Below are positions 14,429 through 28,507 of a stretch of 64,000 nucleotides of DNA, one piece after another. Where the stretch lies: assembly GCA_964016885.1 (NCBI GenBank), contig OZ024743.1, positions 338,582,001 through 338,646,000 on the forward strand, in the 5' to 3' direction. Position 1 is the stretch's first letter. The number at the start of each line of letters is the position of its first letter. The position numbers were made by a program, and so were the translations under genes. The notes under the pieces are model-generated. The model was not told where the DNA came from. It worked only from the letters and a program-made list of their open reading frames with translations, and did no database searches. The DNA is from Eledone cirrhosa. Lineage: Eukaryota.

Positions 14429-17080
14429 TTACATTTTGTGAATGGAGATGGAGAAAGGAGCATTATACCAGATTATGTTTTTGTATCTAGGTCTTTTATT
14501 AAAGTTATCGGAATGATCATGATTAATTATTCTACTGTAATTTTTTCTAGAATTTGTTTCTTTACTATATTTAATTTTATCAGGATAGCCGGCTTTAGAA
14601 AGCGCGTTATTATAGTAATTGGCGTTAGCATCAAAGATGTTTTTATTAGAAGATAGGTTAGATATTCTTTTTCCAATATTACTAACTATAGCATTCTTAA
14701 TATTAGTGGGGTGGTTAGATTTAAAATTAACATAATTTAGGTTCTCATTGTTTTTATGGTAAGGGTAATATAGGCCAGTGTCAAGATTAAGAGATACATC
14801 CAAGAAATTAGCTAGTTTGATGCTGTTATCAAATTCAATTTTTAAGTTATGTTGGTTAAAGAGATTACGTATATTGTTCTTAATAATATTAAGGTTAACT
14901 ATGTTGCAATTTAAGATAGTAAAGAGTCCATAGTCACGATAAATTCCACCGCGAAGTTGAGGAATTTTCCGATTCAAAGAGTTTAAAATAAAGATACCAA
15001 TTAAATCTGTCAATTGGGATGAATCGGATGCTCCCAAATTCTAGAAGATCTTACAGTAGAATAATTAATCATGATCATTCCAATAACTTTAATAAAAGAC
15101 CTAGATGCAAAAACATAATCTGGTATAATGCTCCTTTCTCCATCTCTATTAATAATAATATTCCTAAATTATTCCTTAGTGCCTTAATAAATGCTTCCCT
15201 CCCTCACATATCTATAGTAAAATATTTAACAAACACACCATAAAATGTTCCTATTCGACCTCCTCCAACATCTCCAACATTATCTCTAAACACAACAATA
15301 AAATACTAAATACTAAATCTCTTCCTTCCAACACTGAATATCATAATAATAGTAATAGTACTCCCGACGTCATTGTAAACTCTAGGCTAATTTCTGCAAA
15401 CCCAAATACAACGTCAAACGCAACTTCGCTAAATGTTCTTAATCCCATTCTAAACCAAGAAACTATTATTCCTATCGTAAATAACTTCTCCAATCCAATC
15501 CCTTCTATAGATAACACTAGGTCACTTGTTAATAACTCTGTTAATCTCTCTAATCGCAATTGCAATTGCCCTGTTAAAAATAAATGTCCTCTCAACAACC
15601 ATTGTCTTGAAAAAAACTTAATCTATGAATGTAAAGTTATAACTGACACCAATTCCTTTACCTATTTTGGCTCCACTTCCACCTCCTTTAAAGCTCGTCT
15701 TTATAATTATCATTCGTCTTTTAAATACCAACTTAAAAGAACCAACACGGCACTCTCAGAACTCATATGGTCCTTGAAAGACAAAAATATTAAATATAAC
15801 ATCTCTTGGAAGAAGGTTTGTTCTGCTTCTCCATACTTGAACAGTTCTCTATCCAAGACATGCAATCTCTGTTTATGTGAAAAATTTACCATTATATCTA
15901 ATTTAGATTCTATAATAAATAGACGCACTGACTTGTTTTCTCTCTGCTTGCATAAATTCCACAGAACAGAACATTCCATAAAGTATACAGCTAATATCTA
16001 ATACTTTATCAATTTAAAATCCTTTTCTCAAAGGCACATATATATATATACATATATATTTCTTTAAAAATATACCCATCTTTCTACCTTATTTCAATGT
16101 TATTTATTATACATTATATAATACTAGTTACTCATTCTATATCACTCCTATTTATTACTTCCCTTTCTTTCTTTTTTCCTTTTTTCTTTTCTTTTTTTCT
16201 TTTTCTTTTTCTTTTAATTTCTAACCCCTAATCTGTACCTTTTCTTCCTAGATACTTCGCAATTATCATTGTGCCTAACGTAGAAACAATTATTACACAG
16301 CACAATATATTCTTACTTTATATCACCTTGAAAAAATCCTTCGTAAACATAAACATTTTTTTGACGTTAGATTATTCATCCTTAATTCATTATTTTTTTC
16401 TCCCTTTCATGCTCATCTAACTTATACATATTACACTTATTCATCCAATCTTCTACTTCTTTCACAATATATCCTTACTTACATTACTATTGCTATATTT
16501 TTATATTTTTTTAATAATACATATCAACAATTTCTTTCCATCGCACATATTATTAAACCCTTAAATATTATTCTTAATACATATTAACAATTTCTTTTCA
16601 TCGCACATATTAAACCCTTCAATATACAAACCTTAACTTAACATTATTCTAAATTTTTCTCTTAGTTAATTTTCAAATTCTTTTAATTTATATATTATCT
16701 TCCAACGGTTTTTCAACCTCTCTATGTAAAACAATATATTTTTCTCAGTTATAAAAGCTATCTCTCTCTCTCTATCACCCATCTCTCCTCCTATCTCATC
16801 CTTCCTCATTATACTCCTCCCCCTCCACTTTTTACTCTCATCTCCTCCTCTTTTTCATCCTTTCCAACCTCAGCCCCGCCCTCAAAACTTTTTTTCCCAA
16901 TATCACACATCAATCTAAAACTACTTTTCATATGTTGATTTAAAACTGCACTATTCACAAGTGTGTTTTAACCTTCATATCATGTCTCCCTATTTTATCT
17001 GACGAAAACGCAAATGTTATTGCATGATGATATTTGTTTTTGAAATGCGCATAATAAAATACATGGAACTCTTTTAACCA
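14429..17080. mobile_element. Penelope-like (Naiad-like) element with 5' inversion: RT fragment on minus (14429-15037); C-terminal GIY-YIG, 3' UTR and HHR on plus (15040-17080)
   Basis: GIYRD(Y)G, FLDVSLNL, KSNHP, IIWYNAPFS. Plus strand: NCNC..CPL...C, LIYECKV..FTYFGSTST.FKARLYNYHSSF, CNLCLCEK. About 120 bp is duplicated in inverted orientation at the junction. Confidence 0.88.
16992..17060 (+). ncRNA. Type I hammerhead ribozyme in PLE 3' end
   Basis: attttat-CTGACGA-long stem II-GAAA-TGCGCA-TA-ataaaat. Predicted cut after 17053. Confidence 0.8.
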
Positions 17081-17187
17081 ACTTTTGATCTTATATATTA
17101 TTTATACTCCAGTCCTACAAACTGTAGAGTGCTACTTATCCGATATCTGCATTGCTTTATTGTACTACAATAAAACTCACCTCCTAC

Positions 17188-17218
<31 letters not shown>

Positions 17219-17264
17219 ATATATTATATATATATATATTATATATATATATATATTATATATA

Positions 17265-17460
<196 letters not shown>

Positions 17461-17600
17461 TAGAATTGGTGCTCTGAAATAGCGATATATATATGAAAGA
17501 ATATATAGGGTATTTTGCAATACACTGTATGCTTAATTAAAAGCATGTTGAAGACATTACTCTATTGTTTTAAAATAGAGACAATGTCACTTATTTAAAT

Positions 17601-17690
17601 TTTCAGCAAACAGGGGAGATAAACTAACAGAGCTCTGTTTCGTACTCTTTGGTACTTATCAAAGCTCACTACTCCTCCTGTTTGCTGAAA
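17601..17690 (-). ncRNA. Degenerate hammerhead in long hairpin
   Basis: Minus strand: TTGATAA-GTAC caaaga GTAC-GAAA-CAGAGCTCTG-TT. Outer stem tttcagcaaacagg/cctgtttgctgaaa. Confidence 0.6.
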
Positions 17691-17957
17691 ATTATGTGTG
17701 TTGGATTCTTATAGAATTCCAGTAATAATCAGGAACTGATTTTACAGAGCAGTCACCGGTCCAGCAGAAATTAAAAATTAGAATTGGTGCTCTGAAATAG
17801 TGATATATATATGAATGTATATAGTGTATTTTGCAATACACTGTATGCATTTTGAAGACCATAATCGGTACAGTATATAAAGATTATTTTGAAGAACATA
17901 ATCGGTACAGTATATGAAGGGATATATAGGTTAACGCTTGATATAGCAGGAAGAGGG

Positions 17958-17993
17958 TCTTAACATTTCGGATGCTAGTCCTTCACCAGAAGA
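17958..17993 (-). ncRNA. Minimal hammerhead variant
   Basis: Minus strand: tctt-CTGGTGA-A-GGA ctagca TCC-GAAA-TG-TT-aaga. Confidence 0.55.
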
Positions 17994-18103
17994 AAGAATG
18001 AGAAATAAGATAGATTGAGGGGACGGGTGGGTTGGATAGACAAGAAAAATACAGAGATTAAAAAACAAAATCTTACAAACGCTTAGGAAGAAGTAGGAGA
18101 AGG

Positions 18104-18138
18104 TTTGACTTTTCGGACATAAGCCCTTCTTCAGGAAA
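18104..18138 (-). ncRNA. Minimal type I hammerhead
   Basis: Minus strand: tttc-CTGAAGA-A-GGG cttatg TCC-GAAA-AG-TC-aaa. Confidence 0.6.
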
Positions 18139-18171
18139 TGGAGAGTTCAGAGAGAGAAACGGAAAAAATAT

Positions 18172-18335
18172 GTATGGACGACGGGCTTCACAACTCCCGT
18201 CTACTAAATTTCACTTACAAAGCATTAGTCAATATGAAGCTACAGTAGAAGGTTGCTCTTCAATGTATCACGTGGTGGGATCAACACCCGAGCCACATGG
18301 TTGCAAAGCCTACTTCCTAGCCACATAGCCATGGC
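18172..18335 (-). mobile_element. Degenerate tRNA-derived SINE (octopus-type)
   Basis: Minus strand: tggctatgtggctaggaag...gggtgttgatcccac (A/B-box-like)...ttctactgtagc...tagacggg...gaagcccgtcg. Resembles a recalled octopus SINE consensus. Confidence 0.65.
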
Positions 18336-19338
18336 TGTTGTCTTATTTTTCCATTCAACAGACTCAAGTTTGCAAGTTTGCAATTCTTTTCAAGATTGTA
18401 ATGAGATGGAATCTGAAAGTTATAACATTATTTAAAGAGCTTACTTTATTAAATATCAAATGCTTTTAAATTTTAAAACGGGTGAAAATGATAGCCACTG
18501 AATTGATTTCAACTGCAAAGAAACTGGGGTAAGAACACACATTTAAACAGCATAGTTTGTCTTCTGTGCCTGAGAGATTGATAAGAGGAAAGAGATATGA
18601 TATATGCATATAATATAACAAAGAAAGCTATCCTTTGTAACGAAGAATATTATCAGTTGTCAATGAGAAGCCATTTACATCCACCAACTTTACAAGACAG
18701 CAAAACTTCTTGAACAAGATATAATCTAGAATGAATTACTAATGGAAGTTATTAAGTCTAAGACAACCACCACTGTCATCATCATTATCGCCGCCGCCAC
18801 CACCACCATCACATCACCTTTATTTACATTCTGGTTTTGGCATGGTTTCTACTGCTGAATACCCTTCTTAATTTCAACAGAATTACAGAGTATATTGATG
18901 CATGTTATGGAGGAGTCAGCACTATAAATGATGTCATGTCCTTGACACAACTGAAGAGTCTTCTTGGTGAATATTGGAAGTATATTACATGTGAAAACGC
19001 CCTTCTAACATACGGAAAGGATACACTTTGAGGGCATCGTGGTAGTCATTCGATATATTAAAATTATCAGCCATTGTTCTTCAAATCGTCACACCTTAAT
19101 AAAATGAAGGACACATTGGACAATATGTTATATGTTCTTAGATATACTAACATAGCAGGATAGTTAGGACTGGAACACTTTTGCTTTTATAAGTTCGATG
19201 ACTCACGAATGACTTGTTATAACCAAAATGTTGTTGATCCCCAGCGGACAGCTGATGAATGGGATGTTTCTGTTTGCTTGATTTGTTCCGATTTTCCGAT
19301 GTAATTATTATAGTGTGTGTGTGTACACACACACGCAC

Positions 19339-19432
<94 letters not shown>

Positions 19433-19433
19433 A

Positions 19434-19482
<49 letters not shown>

Positions 19483-19546
19483 AAAAAATATGAAATCAAA
19501 AATGAAACTGGAGTCTTTTTTTATAAAAATATATATTTATTTGGTT

Positions 19547-19583
19547 CCTTTACCGGTTTCGCAGTTCTTCTGCTTTTCAAAAG
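19547..19583 (-). ncRNA. Hammerhead-like motif, TTGAAAA core
   Basis: Minus strand: ctt-TTGAAAA-GCAG aagaa CTGC-GAAA-CCGG-TA-aag. Confidence 0.5.
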
Positions 19584-20517
19584 TAGAATTGAGATGGAGG
19601 GTTTGTGGTTTTTCTCACATCTGGTTGGTGTTTGAATGTTACTTCTGTTTTATATGGAAAAAAGTGGCTCGAAATCCTAGGTTTTTAGAGAAGTAATTTG
19701 GTTGGTTGGTGAGTAAGTATAATAAATTTCGCGCCAGTTCTTGTTACAAAGTTCTTATATTTGCCTTCAAAAACGGGGGGGGGGGGGGGGGGGCTCAGGT
19801 TGATTTTTCATATATGAGTAAAGTTTGGTTGGTTGATGCAGTCACGTGAATAAGCACATCAGCTTTCGCGCCAGTTTGTGTTTGAATTTCTTTTTACTTA
19901 AAAAAAGGTGGCCCACTGATCAGCTCAAGGTTCGATCTGTATCGATCTAGCCCGACTCTGTAATCCACGGCTCGTCAGACCTCTTATAATGAAAAAATGA
20001 ATATACATGGCGTATGAGAAAGTCTGATTTTCTTATGGTGGTCAGTGAAATTTGTTTTGATTGGTGGGTTAATTCAGAGGGATGTTTTTGCCTGTAGTGT
20101 ATTTTTTTTTTTTTTGGGGGGGGGGGGTTATAAGTTGATGGTGCGGAGCGTAGGTTGAAGTGGGTGGCGGTGTATGAGTGCTGATTGTCGTTATACGGTT
20201 TGGCATGTAGATGGGGCTGGTTTTTGTGTGGGGTGTGGGTATGGTGCTGGTGCGGTTTATGATACTGGATGAAAGGTTGCGGTGTTTAGGGTGGGGTGTT
20301 ATGTGTGGTAGTGGATTGTTAAGGGGCTCATGTTATAAGGAGTTAATGATCAGAGTGTACGTACACGCAGCCAGACAGACATATTATATACATAGACATG
20401 TGTGTTTATATATATATATATACCCCCTCCCCCCACTCTAAAAAGCGTGAACCTAATAAACCTTTAATTGTCTGTCTCTCTGTTTTGTTCCGTATACATT
20501 TGCACTATATATATATA

Positions 20518-21770
20518 AGAACAAACGTGCTGCGTGGTTGCAAATGGGTTACATATGAATAAAGTTAGTCCTTCATCAGCGATCTTCCAGCCATCATTGG
20601 TGTTTCATCGCTTTAAAGACCATATACCTCCGGTTGGTGCGAGCAACGGCTAAAGAAAGTCATTGGGACACGTAAATAAGGGGAACGAGCGAGAGTGTAA
20701 ACAAACAAAAATGGTAAAGCAACGAAAAGTGAGGAAGAAAGAGTCAAGTCCCAGATTTCCGTGAATATAAGTTCGGTGAAATCGTGAACGAGAGAGAATA
20801 AAGACCATCAAACCTAGTCGAAATGTGAGCAAGGAAGGAATTCCGCACAGGTCAAACGGGGGGAAGAAGGAGTCCAGTCCGTGAATTCGGTGAACATAAG
20901 TTCTGTGAAATCGTAGACGAGAGAGAGAAAAGGGGAACCAGCCTGGTCAAGCGTGCGAGAGAAAAGAATTACGCACAGGTCAAACGGGAGGAAGTAGGAG
21001 AGGTAGTAGCAGAGAGTGAGTGAGTGAAGGGTGAGGAAGAGGCTAACAGAGAGAGTGACTGTTAGAGAGAGTAAAGATACAGAGAAAGAGGAAGCAGTAA
21101 GAACGAAATAGACGGGTCACAGCGGGGGGAAAATATATGTGTGAATATGAGAACAAACGTGCTGCGTGATTGCAAATGGGTTACATATGAATAAAGTTAG
21201 TCCTTCATCAGTGATCTTCCAACCATTATTGGTATTTCATCGCTTTAAAGACCATATACTTCCGGTTGGTTCGAGCAACGGCTAAAAAAAAGTCGTTGGG
21301 ACACGTAAATAAGGGGAACGAGCGAGAGTGTAAACAAACAAAAATGTTAAAGCAACGAAAAGTGAGGAAGAAAGAGTCAAGTCCCAGATTTCCATGAATA
21401 TAAGTTCTGTGAAATCGTGAACGAGAGAGAATAAAGACCATCAAACCTAGTCGAAATGTGAGCAAGGAAGGAATTCCGCACAGGTCAAACGGTTGCTCAC
21501 ATTTCGACTAGCTTTGATGGTCTTTATTCTCTCTCGTTCACGATTTCACCGAACTTATATTCATGGAAATCTGGGACTTGACTCTTTCTTCCTCACTTTT
21601 CGTTGCTTTACCATTTTTGTTTGTTTACACTCTCGCTCGTTCCCCTTATTTACGTGTCCCAACGAATTTCTTTAGCCGTTGCTCGCACCAACCGGAGGTA
21701 TATGGTCTTTAAAGCGATGAAATACCAATGATGGTTGGAAGATCACTGATGAAGGACTAACTTTATTCAT
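20518..21770. repeat. About 630-bp unit plus partial tandem copy plus inverted copy; related copy at about 12460-12990
   Basis: agaacaaacgtgctgcgt at 20518 and 21149. 21493-21770 is the reverse complement of about 21185-21465. Confidence 0.92.
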
Positions 21771-21927
21771 ATATATATATATATATATATATGCAGAGGT
21801 TATATTTAATTTGTTGGGATTCAACAAGCTTAAAAATTTTTATAACTGATATACAGCACTCAACAGTTTAGTGGAGTAAATACACAATATATTAATAAAT
21901 GGAAACTATATTTATAAAACCATATTT

Positions 21928-21991
21928 ATTTTATTATACATATTTCAAGGGCTACCAAGGCAAATTATGGTGAGCTTTCATCAGATAAAAT
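21928..21991 (-). ncRNA. Type I hammerhead ribozyme
   Basis: Minus strand: attttat-CTGATGA-AAGCT...AGCCCTT-GAAA-TATGTA-TA-ataaaat. Same stem I as 16992. Confidence 0.75.
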
Positions 21992-22639
21992 ACAGATTTG
22001 TTTTATAAATAAACATTGACATACCCGAAAAAAAAATATATATATATATATATGCCAGTGGGGATAAGTGGTGTGGGCGAGTGAATAAACATATGTACAC
22101 ACAGACACACACACATGCGGTGTATAGTGTGGGGTTGTTAGGTGTGGTATGTGTTGGTGAGGTTGATGTTTGTGGATGTATGGCGATGTGTTAGCTGGTG
22201 GTGGTGGTGGTGAGGTGGTGAGTGCGACATGATATTTACAGGATCGAAAGTTACAATGGGTTACAAGTTAAAATATGACAGAGAAAGCAATGGTACTGAA
22301 ATGAGAGATGGTGTGGTAAGGTATTGGTGATTATCCTTATGTTGAGTTCGAGCTAGGGTTTGTCCTTGGTACATGGCCGAATGTCTGAGTGGAGAAGGTA
22401 TTGGTGATGTTGATGGTTGTGGGTGTACGGCGTTGTGTTTGGTGGTGGTGGTGGTGGGGGTGGGGGTGATGAGTGCGACATGACATTTACAAGATCGGAT
22501 CTTACAATGGGTTGCATGTTAAAATATGACAGAGAAAACAATGGTACTGAGATGAGGAACGGTGTGGTAAGGCAATGGTGATTATCCCTATATTGAGTTC
22601 AAGTCAGGGTTAGTCGTTGGCACAGAGCCGAATGTCTGT

Positions 22640-23050
22640 GCGGAGAAGGTGTTCTTCCTGGGGTGTCTGCAGTTTATTATTATGTCTGATCTCGAGTTTA
22701 TGGCCGATTTCAACTTGATGATCTCGGCCGCCTCGGCCAGGCATAACCTGCAGTGGTTTCCGTCATTGGGGATTGGGCCACGCGTCTCTTAACTGACCTT
22801 TTGATCTGGTATCCCATGTTCTTGTCTTTGAGGTCCCAGATCAAGTCCGCCAGTTTGGTTTGGGAGCGTTTGGGCCCGTGGTTGAAAGAGCTTTTGTGGT
22901 TATACCAACGCTCTTTAAATGTAGTCGGGGTCGCGCCTATGTAGGTGTATTCTTTTCGTCCTGCTGTGACATCACGCTGGTAAATAATGTTTTTAACGAG
23001 GCACTACCCGTTTAAATGGCATTCCTCCCGCTTGTTGCAGTTGGGGGTTA
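22640..23050 (-). mobile_element. Penelope-like (Naiad-like) GIY-YIG endonuclease fragment; its 3' UTR continues leftward as a tandem duplication (about 22150-22650)
   Basis: KNIIYQ..V...KEYTYIGATPTTFKERWYNHKSSF, TKLADLIWDLK, CRLCLAE, NCRH. Confidence 0.85.
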
Positions 23051-23465
23051 TGGGTTTGTTGTTAAGTTGCCGGTTGTTGGAATTCTGCATGGAGCTAGCA
23101 CTTATTTGGTCGTTGTGATGTGTTGTCTGTGCGGTATTGTTTTGGGTTGTCTGTGTGGTTGGTTGTGATGCTTGCATGTGTTTGCGTATTTTTGTCCTAT
23201 TTGTGTATGCTATCGTGTCGCCTAGATTTGGTGTTGTGTATATATATACATACTACTGTACGTCTGTATACATATATGTATGTACGTATACATACTTATA
23301 TTTAAGTAACAGCCGTACTAAGAGTGAGAAATGAAATTTCATTCTTTTCCATTTATCGTTTTCTGTACGCCCGGCCGACTAACTCACTCGATATGCAAAT
23401 TAGGCTGCTCAGCCGTTAATATGCATAAGGAAAGTATATACTTTCAAACGTTCAATATAAGTATA

Positions 23466-23502
23466 CGGCGCTGAAGATAGCTAATAAGCTTGAAACTACT
23501 TC
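23466..23502 (+). ncRNA. Partial hammerhead core
   Basis: CTGAAGA-T-AGCT aata AGCT-T-GAAA-CTA. Stems III and I are disrupted. Confidence 0.4.
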
Positions 23503-23976
23503 ATCGTTCCTTTGTCAGTATTGAAGAAAAGGGCAACGATGGTTGCCGAACACTGTACGGCTTAATTCGGGCTGCTTGTTTACAAACAAACCGAGCATTA
23601 TAATAAATGTTCGGTAAATCCATACGTACATATATATATGTGTGCATGTATATATATATATACATACAACTGTACGTCTGTATACATATATGTATGTACG
23701 TATACATACTTATATTTAAGTAACAGCCGTACTAAGAGTGAGAAATGAAATTTCGTTTCATTCTTTTCCATATATATATATATATATTGTTATATTTGGG
23801 GAGGGTCATGTCGTTATAATATTACCAGAAATATATAATAAAACACACTCACCGTTTGCTGTTTGGTTTCGGTTGGTTTTCGCTTCTGTATATTTTATAT
23901 TTCTATAATTAATTCAGCTGGCAATCAATGTTTATCATTGATTGACCAACAGTTAAAAATATAGATATAACTATAG

Positions 23977-24021
23977 TCTTTCAGAGTTCTTTCGTCACAC
24001 ACCTACGACATCATCAGAGAT
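23977..24021 (-). ncRNA. Type I hammerhead, cleavage triplet degenerate
   Basis: Minus strand: tct-CTGATGA-T-GTCG taggtgtg TGAC-GAAA-GAACTC-TG. Confidence 0.5.
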
Positions 24022-25666
24022 AATATGTTTCCTCCCGTTGTATTGCTATATATATATACACACACACGCACACGCCTACAACACAAGCCGCTGGCATATT
24101 CCAATCATGCATACATTCCACGTACATTTCATATATACTGTTATGAAACACACACGCTATATATTCCATGTATACATCCACCCCATGTGCATCTCATATA
24201 TACTATTATGAAATGGATGTTATACACATCCACAATATATATAACTTGTTTGTGTACGCACGCACGGTCCCCACGTGCCCACCAGCCATGAGACCTGCAT
24301 CATGTGCAGACTCTTACCCAGTCCATTAGATCACCAGTCCCCATGTATATTATATTACCATATGCACCACAGCCCTCAAGTATTTTATGCAACTTTACGC
24401 ACACCCCAATAATGTCCGGACCCCCTCTGCATCCTTGTCATGTATACATTCCTTTTTCCAGCATTTTATTTTATTTTATATTATATTATTTGATATTATT
24501 ATATTTTATGTAAGTACAGGCATTTTTTATATATATGCGCCACCCAAGTTATATGTGATTAGTGCAAGGATACTATGCGGCTATAATATTTATGCACATT
24601 GTGCATGCACTTTCGGGCTTATATCGCCTCAAGAACGTTGTCTCATATAATACTATGTGCACCATGTGCACAGCTGCGCGTGTGTGTACGGATGGGAGGG
24701 TATTCATCAAGTATGTGCCTTCGGTATGAACATACGCGGGTACATGTATGCATGTGTGTCCACGCAAATATGCATGCGCACGTGTGTACACATGTCTGGG
24801 TGGATGTATTTGTATGAACATGTCTGTGTGAGGGTATGAATGCCTATGTGTAGATCTTTCTTTTTATCTGTGTATATATGTGCAGCGTCTTAACTATAAA
24901 CGCTTCCCTGAGTACAGGGTGTGAGTGTAGATATGTGTATATTTATCAACAATACCTTCGAAATAACCTTTTTTTGAAAGGCTGTTCCAAGCATTCATTT
25001 AAAAACGTTCTTTGTACAGAGTGTTTTCTTTTTGAAATATGTATGTTTTAAGGTATTCTGAGGCTGTGTTCTTGAAACGTTATGCTAAATATTTTTCTAA
25101 TTTGTTTAAAAAATTCCCTCCCACCATTATTTACGGTGATTGTCGCATCCAATACAGTTGCGGGTGTGTACGTGATTGGTATGGACGAGGGTGCCTAAAG
25201 ACAGAGAAGACGTCGAAGGGCCGCCAGCAGTTCAAGCATACAACGCCTTACCAACTACAGTAGTAATTCCGATCTAAGATACAACTTTGATTGACTGGTG
25301 GAAAACGAAAAGAACTAAATAGTGGACAACCATGAGTGGCTAGAAATATCGATGACGTGTACAATTCTTGACCACTCATAGAATGACAACAACAGGATCT
25401 AAACAGACAGGCGAAGATATCGATGTAAAAGGACATTAGGAAAATTTGCTTCGTAGAATCAAGACGTATCTGAGGACCTTGCGATTTTCAGAGTCAGGTT
25501 CGATCATCACATCGATCGTGCCTCGAGCTGGTCGCCAGAAAAACGATTGTAATATGTCCAATTCCATTCGTCGCAACACTGATTCTCTTTTTTTCTGTGA
25601 TATATATATATATATATATAAAATAATTAAGTCAAATATGTAAAATTTGGCTTCGTTTATTATAAA

Positions 25667-26277
25667 CTAGCAGTGGTACCCGGCGTTGCACGGGGTAAGG
25701 TATTTTGGAACGCGGGCCGCCAACAAACCTAATCGTTGAAAAACTGCATGCCTGGACAATATGTAAAGAAAATAAACTGAATACTCTGATGGTTGGATAA
25801 TCTTTAAGATTTTCCTCGATGAAGCAGGAAAAATGCAGGTTTTCACCTAATGCGGGCCCTAGGGGATCAAGAAAATAACTTTTTTTTATGTGCCTAATAT
25901 GCTTTCAAATTTCGGGAAAATCGGCTAGACGTAACGCCTCAAAAAAGCCCTAAAAAGCTGAAAAAATGAAGTTTTTCACCTAATGCAGGCCCTAGGCCAT
26001 AAAAAAAAGTTAGATTTTCTTTGCTCACGGTATGAAGAACAGACTGACTAATACATAGTTACAATTTCAAGGAAATCGGTCTGACGTAACGCCTCAAAAA
26101 CCCCTAAAAAGCTTTAAAAACGCAGTTTTTCACCTAATGCGGGCCCTAGGAGATCAAAAACTTGATTTTGTTTATGTGCATGAAACATAAGTAATACACA
26201 TGTAAAGTTTCAAAAATAATCTGTTGGGTACTTCTCGAGTTTTAGGGATTCAAACTCACACACACGCACACACACGC

Positions 26278-26308
<31 letters not shown>

Positions 26309-26430
26309 TACATCCTCAGGGAAGTGACGTAATACAGACAGCCAGACATACAGACAGATATTATAAGGGCGCGATGTTATATGTATGTATCTATCTAAAA
26401 TGAGAAAGACTAAGAATTATAGAGAGAGAT
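25667..26430 (-). mobile_element. Non-autonomous Helitron-like element with internal 130-150 bp repeats
   Basis: Minus 3' end: CCCGTGCAACGCCGGG hairpin, 8 nt, then CTAG|T. cctaatgcgggccctagg recurs at about 25846, 25979, 26133 and 26441. The 5' end is uncertain. Confidence 0.7.
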
Positions 26431-26637
26431 TGCTAAATTACCTAATGCGGTCCCTAGGGCATTGAAAATTTGAAATTGTTTTTGCCCAGAACTTCCCTGA
26501 AACATAAGTATTACATGTGTAAAGTTTGAAAACAGTCGTTTGGGTGGTTCTCGATTTTTTGGACAAAACACATGAAGACACACTAATATTTACTTGTATA
26601 TATGAATATACGTTTGTACAGCTAGAAAAGACACACA

Positions 26638-26697
<60 letters not shown>

Positions 26698-26728
26698 CTA
26701 AGGGAATCATTCTGTCATTACCATAACA

Positions 26729-26816
26729 GAAGTCCGATGAGCTTTTGATTCCAGAGTTGTGCCCGATTGATACAGGTCGAACCTTGAGCTGATCAATCGC
26801 TAAACGCACGTCATAC
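26729..26816 (+). ncRNA. Degenerate hammerhead with long stem II (partial relative on minus at about 19915-19980)
   Basis: CCGATGA-GC...GC-TAAA-CGCACG-TC. The relative keeps CTGACGAGC. Confidence 0.4.
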
Positions 26817-26883
26817 CACAATAAATGTAATGAAGATTTAACATTTCGTCCATATTAATGTTATTATTATATACATACATATA

Positions 26884-27078
26884 GGGCGATGTATTGGCAG
26901 TATCAGTAGAGGGTCGGACGCTATGCTTTGCAGTATAGAGTTATATCTCTTTGCGGACTGAGTTCAAATCCCGCTGAAGTTAACTTTGCCTTTCACCCTT
27001 ACGGGGTCGATAAAATAAAGTCCCAGTAATGCACTGGGATAACTGCTGGCCTTGTGCCAAAAGTAGAAACAATTATTA
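26884..27078 (+). mobile_element. tRNA-derived SINE with MetaSINE-like core
   Basis: B-box GAGTTCAAATCC; gcctttcacccttacggggtcgataaaataaagt core; ATT tail. Second copy at 59564. Confidence 0.8.
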
Positions 27079-27169
27079 TATACATACATACACATATATA
27101 TATATATATACACATAGAGATAATTACACACATAGTCTCACAAATTATATATATGTAATAACCGAAATG

Positions 27170-27520
27170 TGGTTCCCCAGAGAATTCTTTTGTGCGTGGC
27201 TGAGAGATAAGGGAGTCGCTCCAGTTAAGGCCGCTGCTTCTCCAAATTGAGAGATCGCAGCTCCGATATTATGGACAGGTAGTCAGAATTGCTAAGGAAA
27301 GAATCGGTGGAGAGATTTTATGGGGGGGGGGGCACAACCAACAGGAGACTCAGGGTAGACCCGGAGCACGGCGGTTGGATAACATCCATGAGCTTGGCTG
27401 GTCTCACTTGAGGATCCAGCCGGATCAATTGGAAACAATTGCTTCTGACAGGACCTGATGGAAGACGTGCTTTAGGACTTTGCCCCATCGACGCTAGGAA
27501 CAAGTGGGCAAAGAAGAAGG
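27170..27520 (+). mobile_element. Degenerate RTE-clade LINE 3' end
   Basis: Frameshifted G.RP.GRPGAR.LDNIHELGWSHL...IASDR..WRR motif. Confidence 0.55.
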
Positions 27521-27832
27521 TACGTATGTAGACGGCGAGTTATCAGAACGTCGGATAGAATGATTTGCGGTCTTCATTTGGGGTCTCTGATCTCTGAGAT
27601 CAAATCCAGCCAAAGAAATCGATTGTGTTCAGTCCGTATTTCACAACGATATCCCTACGACCACATCGGGAGCTACAGATCCATACATACAGTAAATACA
27701 CGTACATCGAATGATATAAACATATGTCACTTATACACAATTATGAATGTATTATCACAAACATTATGTATGTGTGTGTGTGTGAGTGTGTAGACATGTG
27801 TGTGTATGTATGTGGACATGTGAGTGTGTGTG

Positions 27833-27885
<53 letters not shown>

Positions 27886-27963
27886 ACGCACATATATATG
27901 CATATATGTATATATATGCGTGTGTTATATATATATATATATATTTATTAAATAAAAAATTAA

Positions 27964-28014
27964 AGTTTAAGCAAAGAATCGCTGCTTTCACCCTTAACGG
28001 GATCTTCTGAAATA
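27964..28014 (-). ncRNA. Hammerhead variant, CAGAAGA core
   Basis: Minus strand: ttt-CAGAAGA-T-CCC gttaa GGG-T-GAAA-GCA..TGC-TT-aaa. Second copy at 33205. Confidence 0.55.
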
Positions 28015-28098
28015 TTTGCTCTACGGTTCTTATATATTTGATATATATTTATCCTTATCGAGCCCTCTTTGGATTTTAGTCTTCAGAATTATTATTAT

Positions 28099-28147
<49 letters not shown>

Positions 28148-28168
28148 ATGCATATATATACATATATG

Positions 28169-28244
<76 letters not shown>

Positions 28245-28279
28245 ACGCATATATATATATATCACACGCATATATATAC

Positions 28280-28458
<179 letters not shown>

Positions 28459-28507
28459 TATATAGGTTTTTTAAAATCCAATCTCAATAAATACACCAGG
28501 ATTTTTC

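Noticed and set aside
15540-16001. Selenocysteine-encoding Naiad PLE
   Set aside because: Conserved Cys positions are TGC/TGT rather than TGA here and in 22640-23050; no SECIS identified.
21700-21770. CTGATGA in the 630-bp repeat family as a hammerhead
   Set aside because: No correctly placed stem II/GAAA/UH in any topology tried.
24930-25590. Coding-like unique sequence
   Set aside because: Only short ORFs with no recognisable motif; possibly an ancient TE remnant but unsupported.
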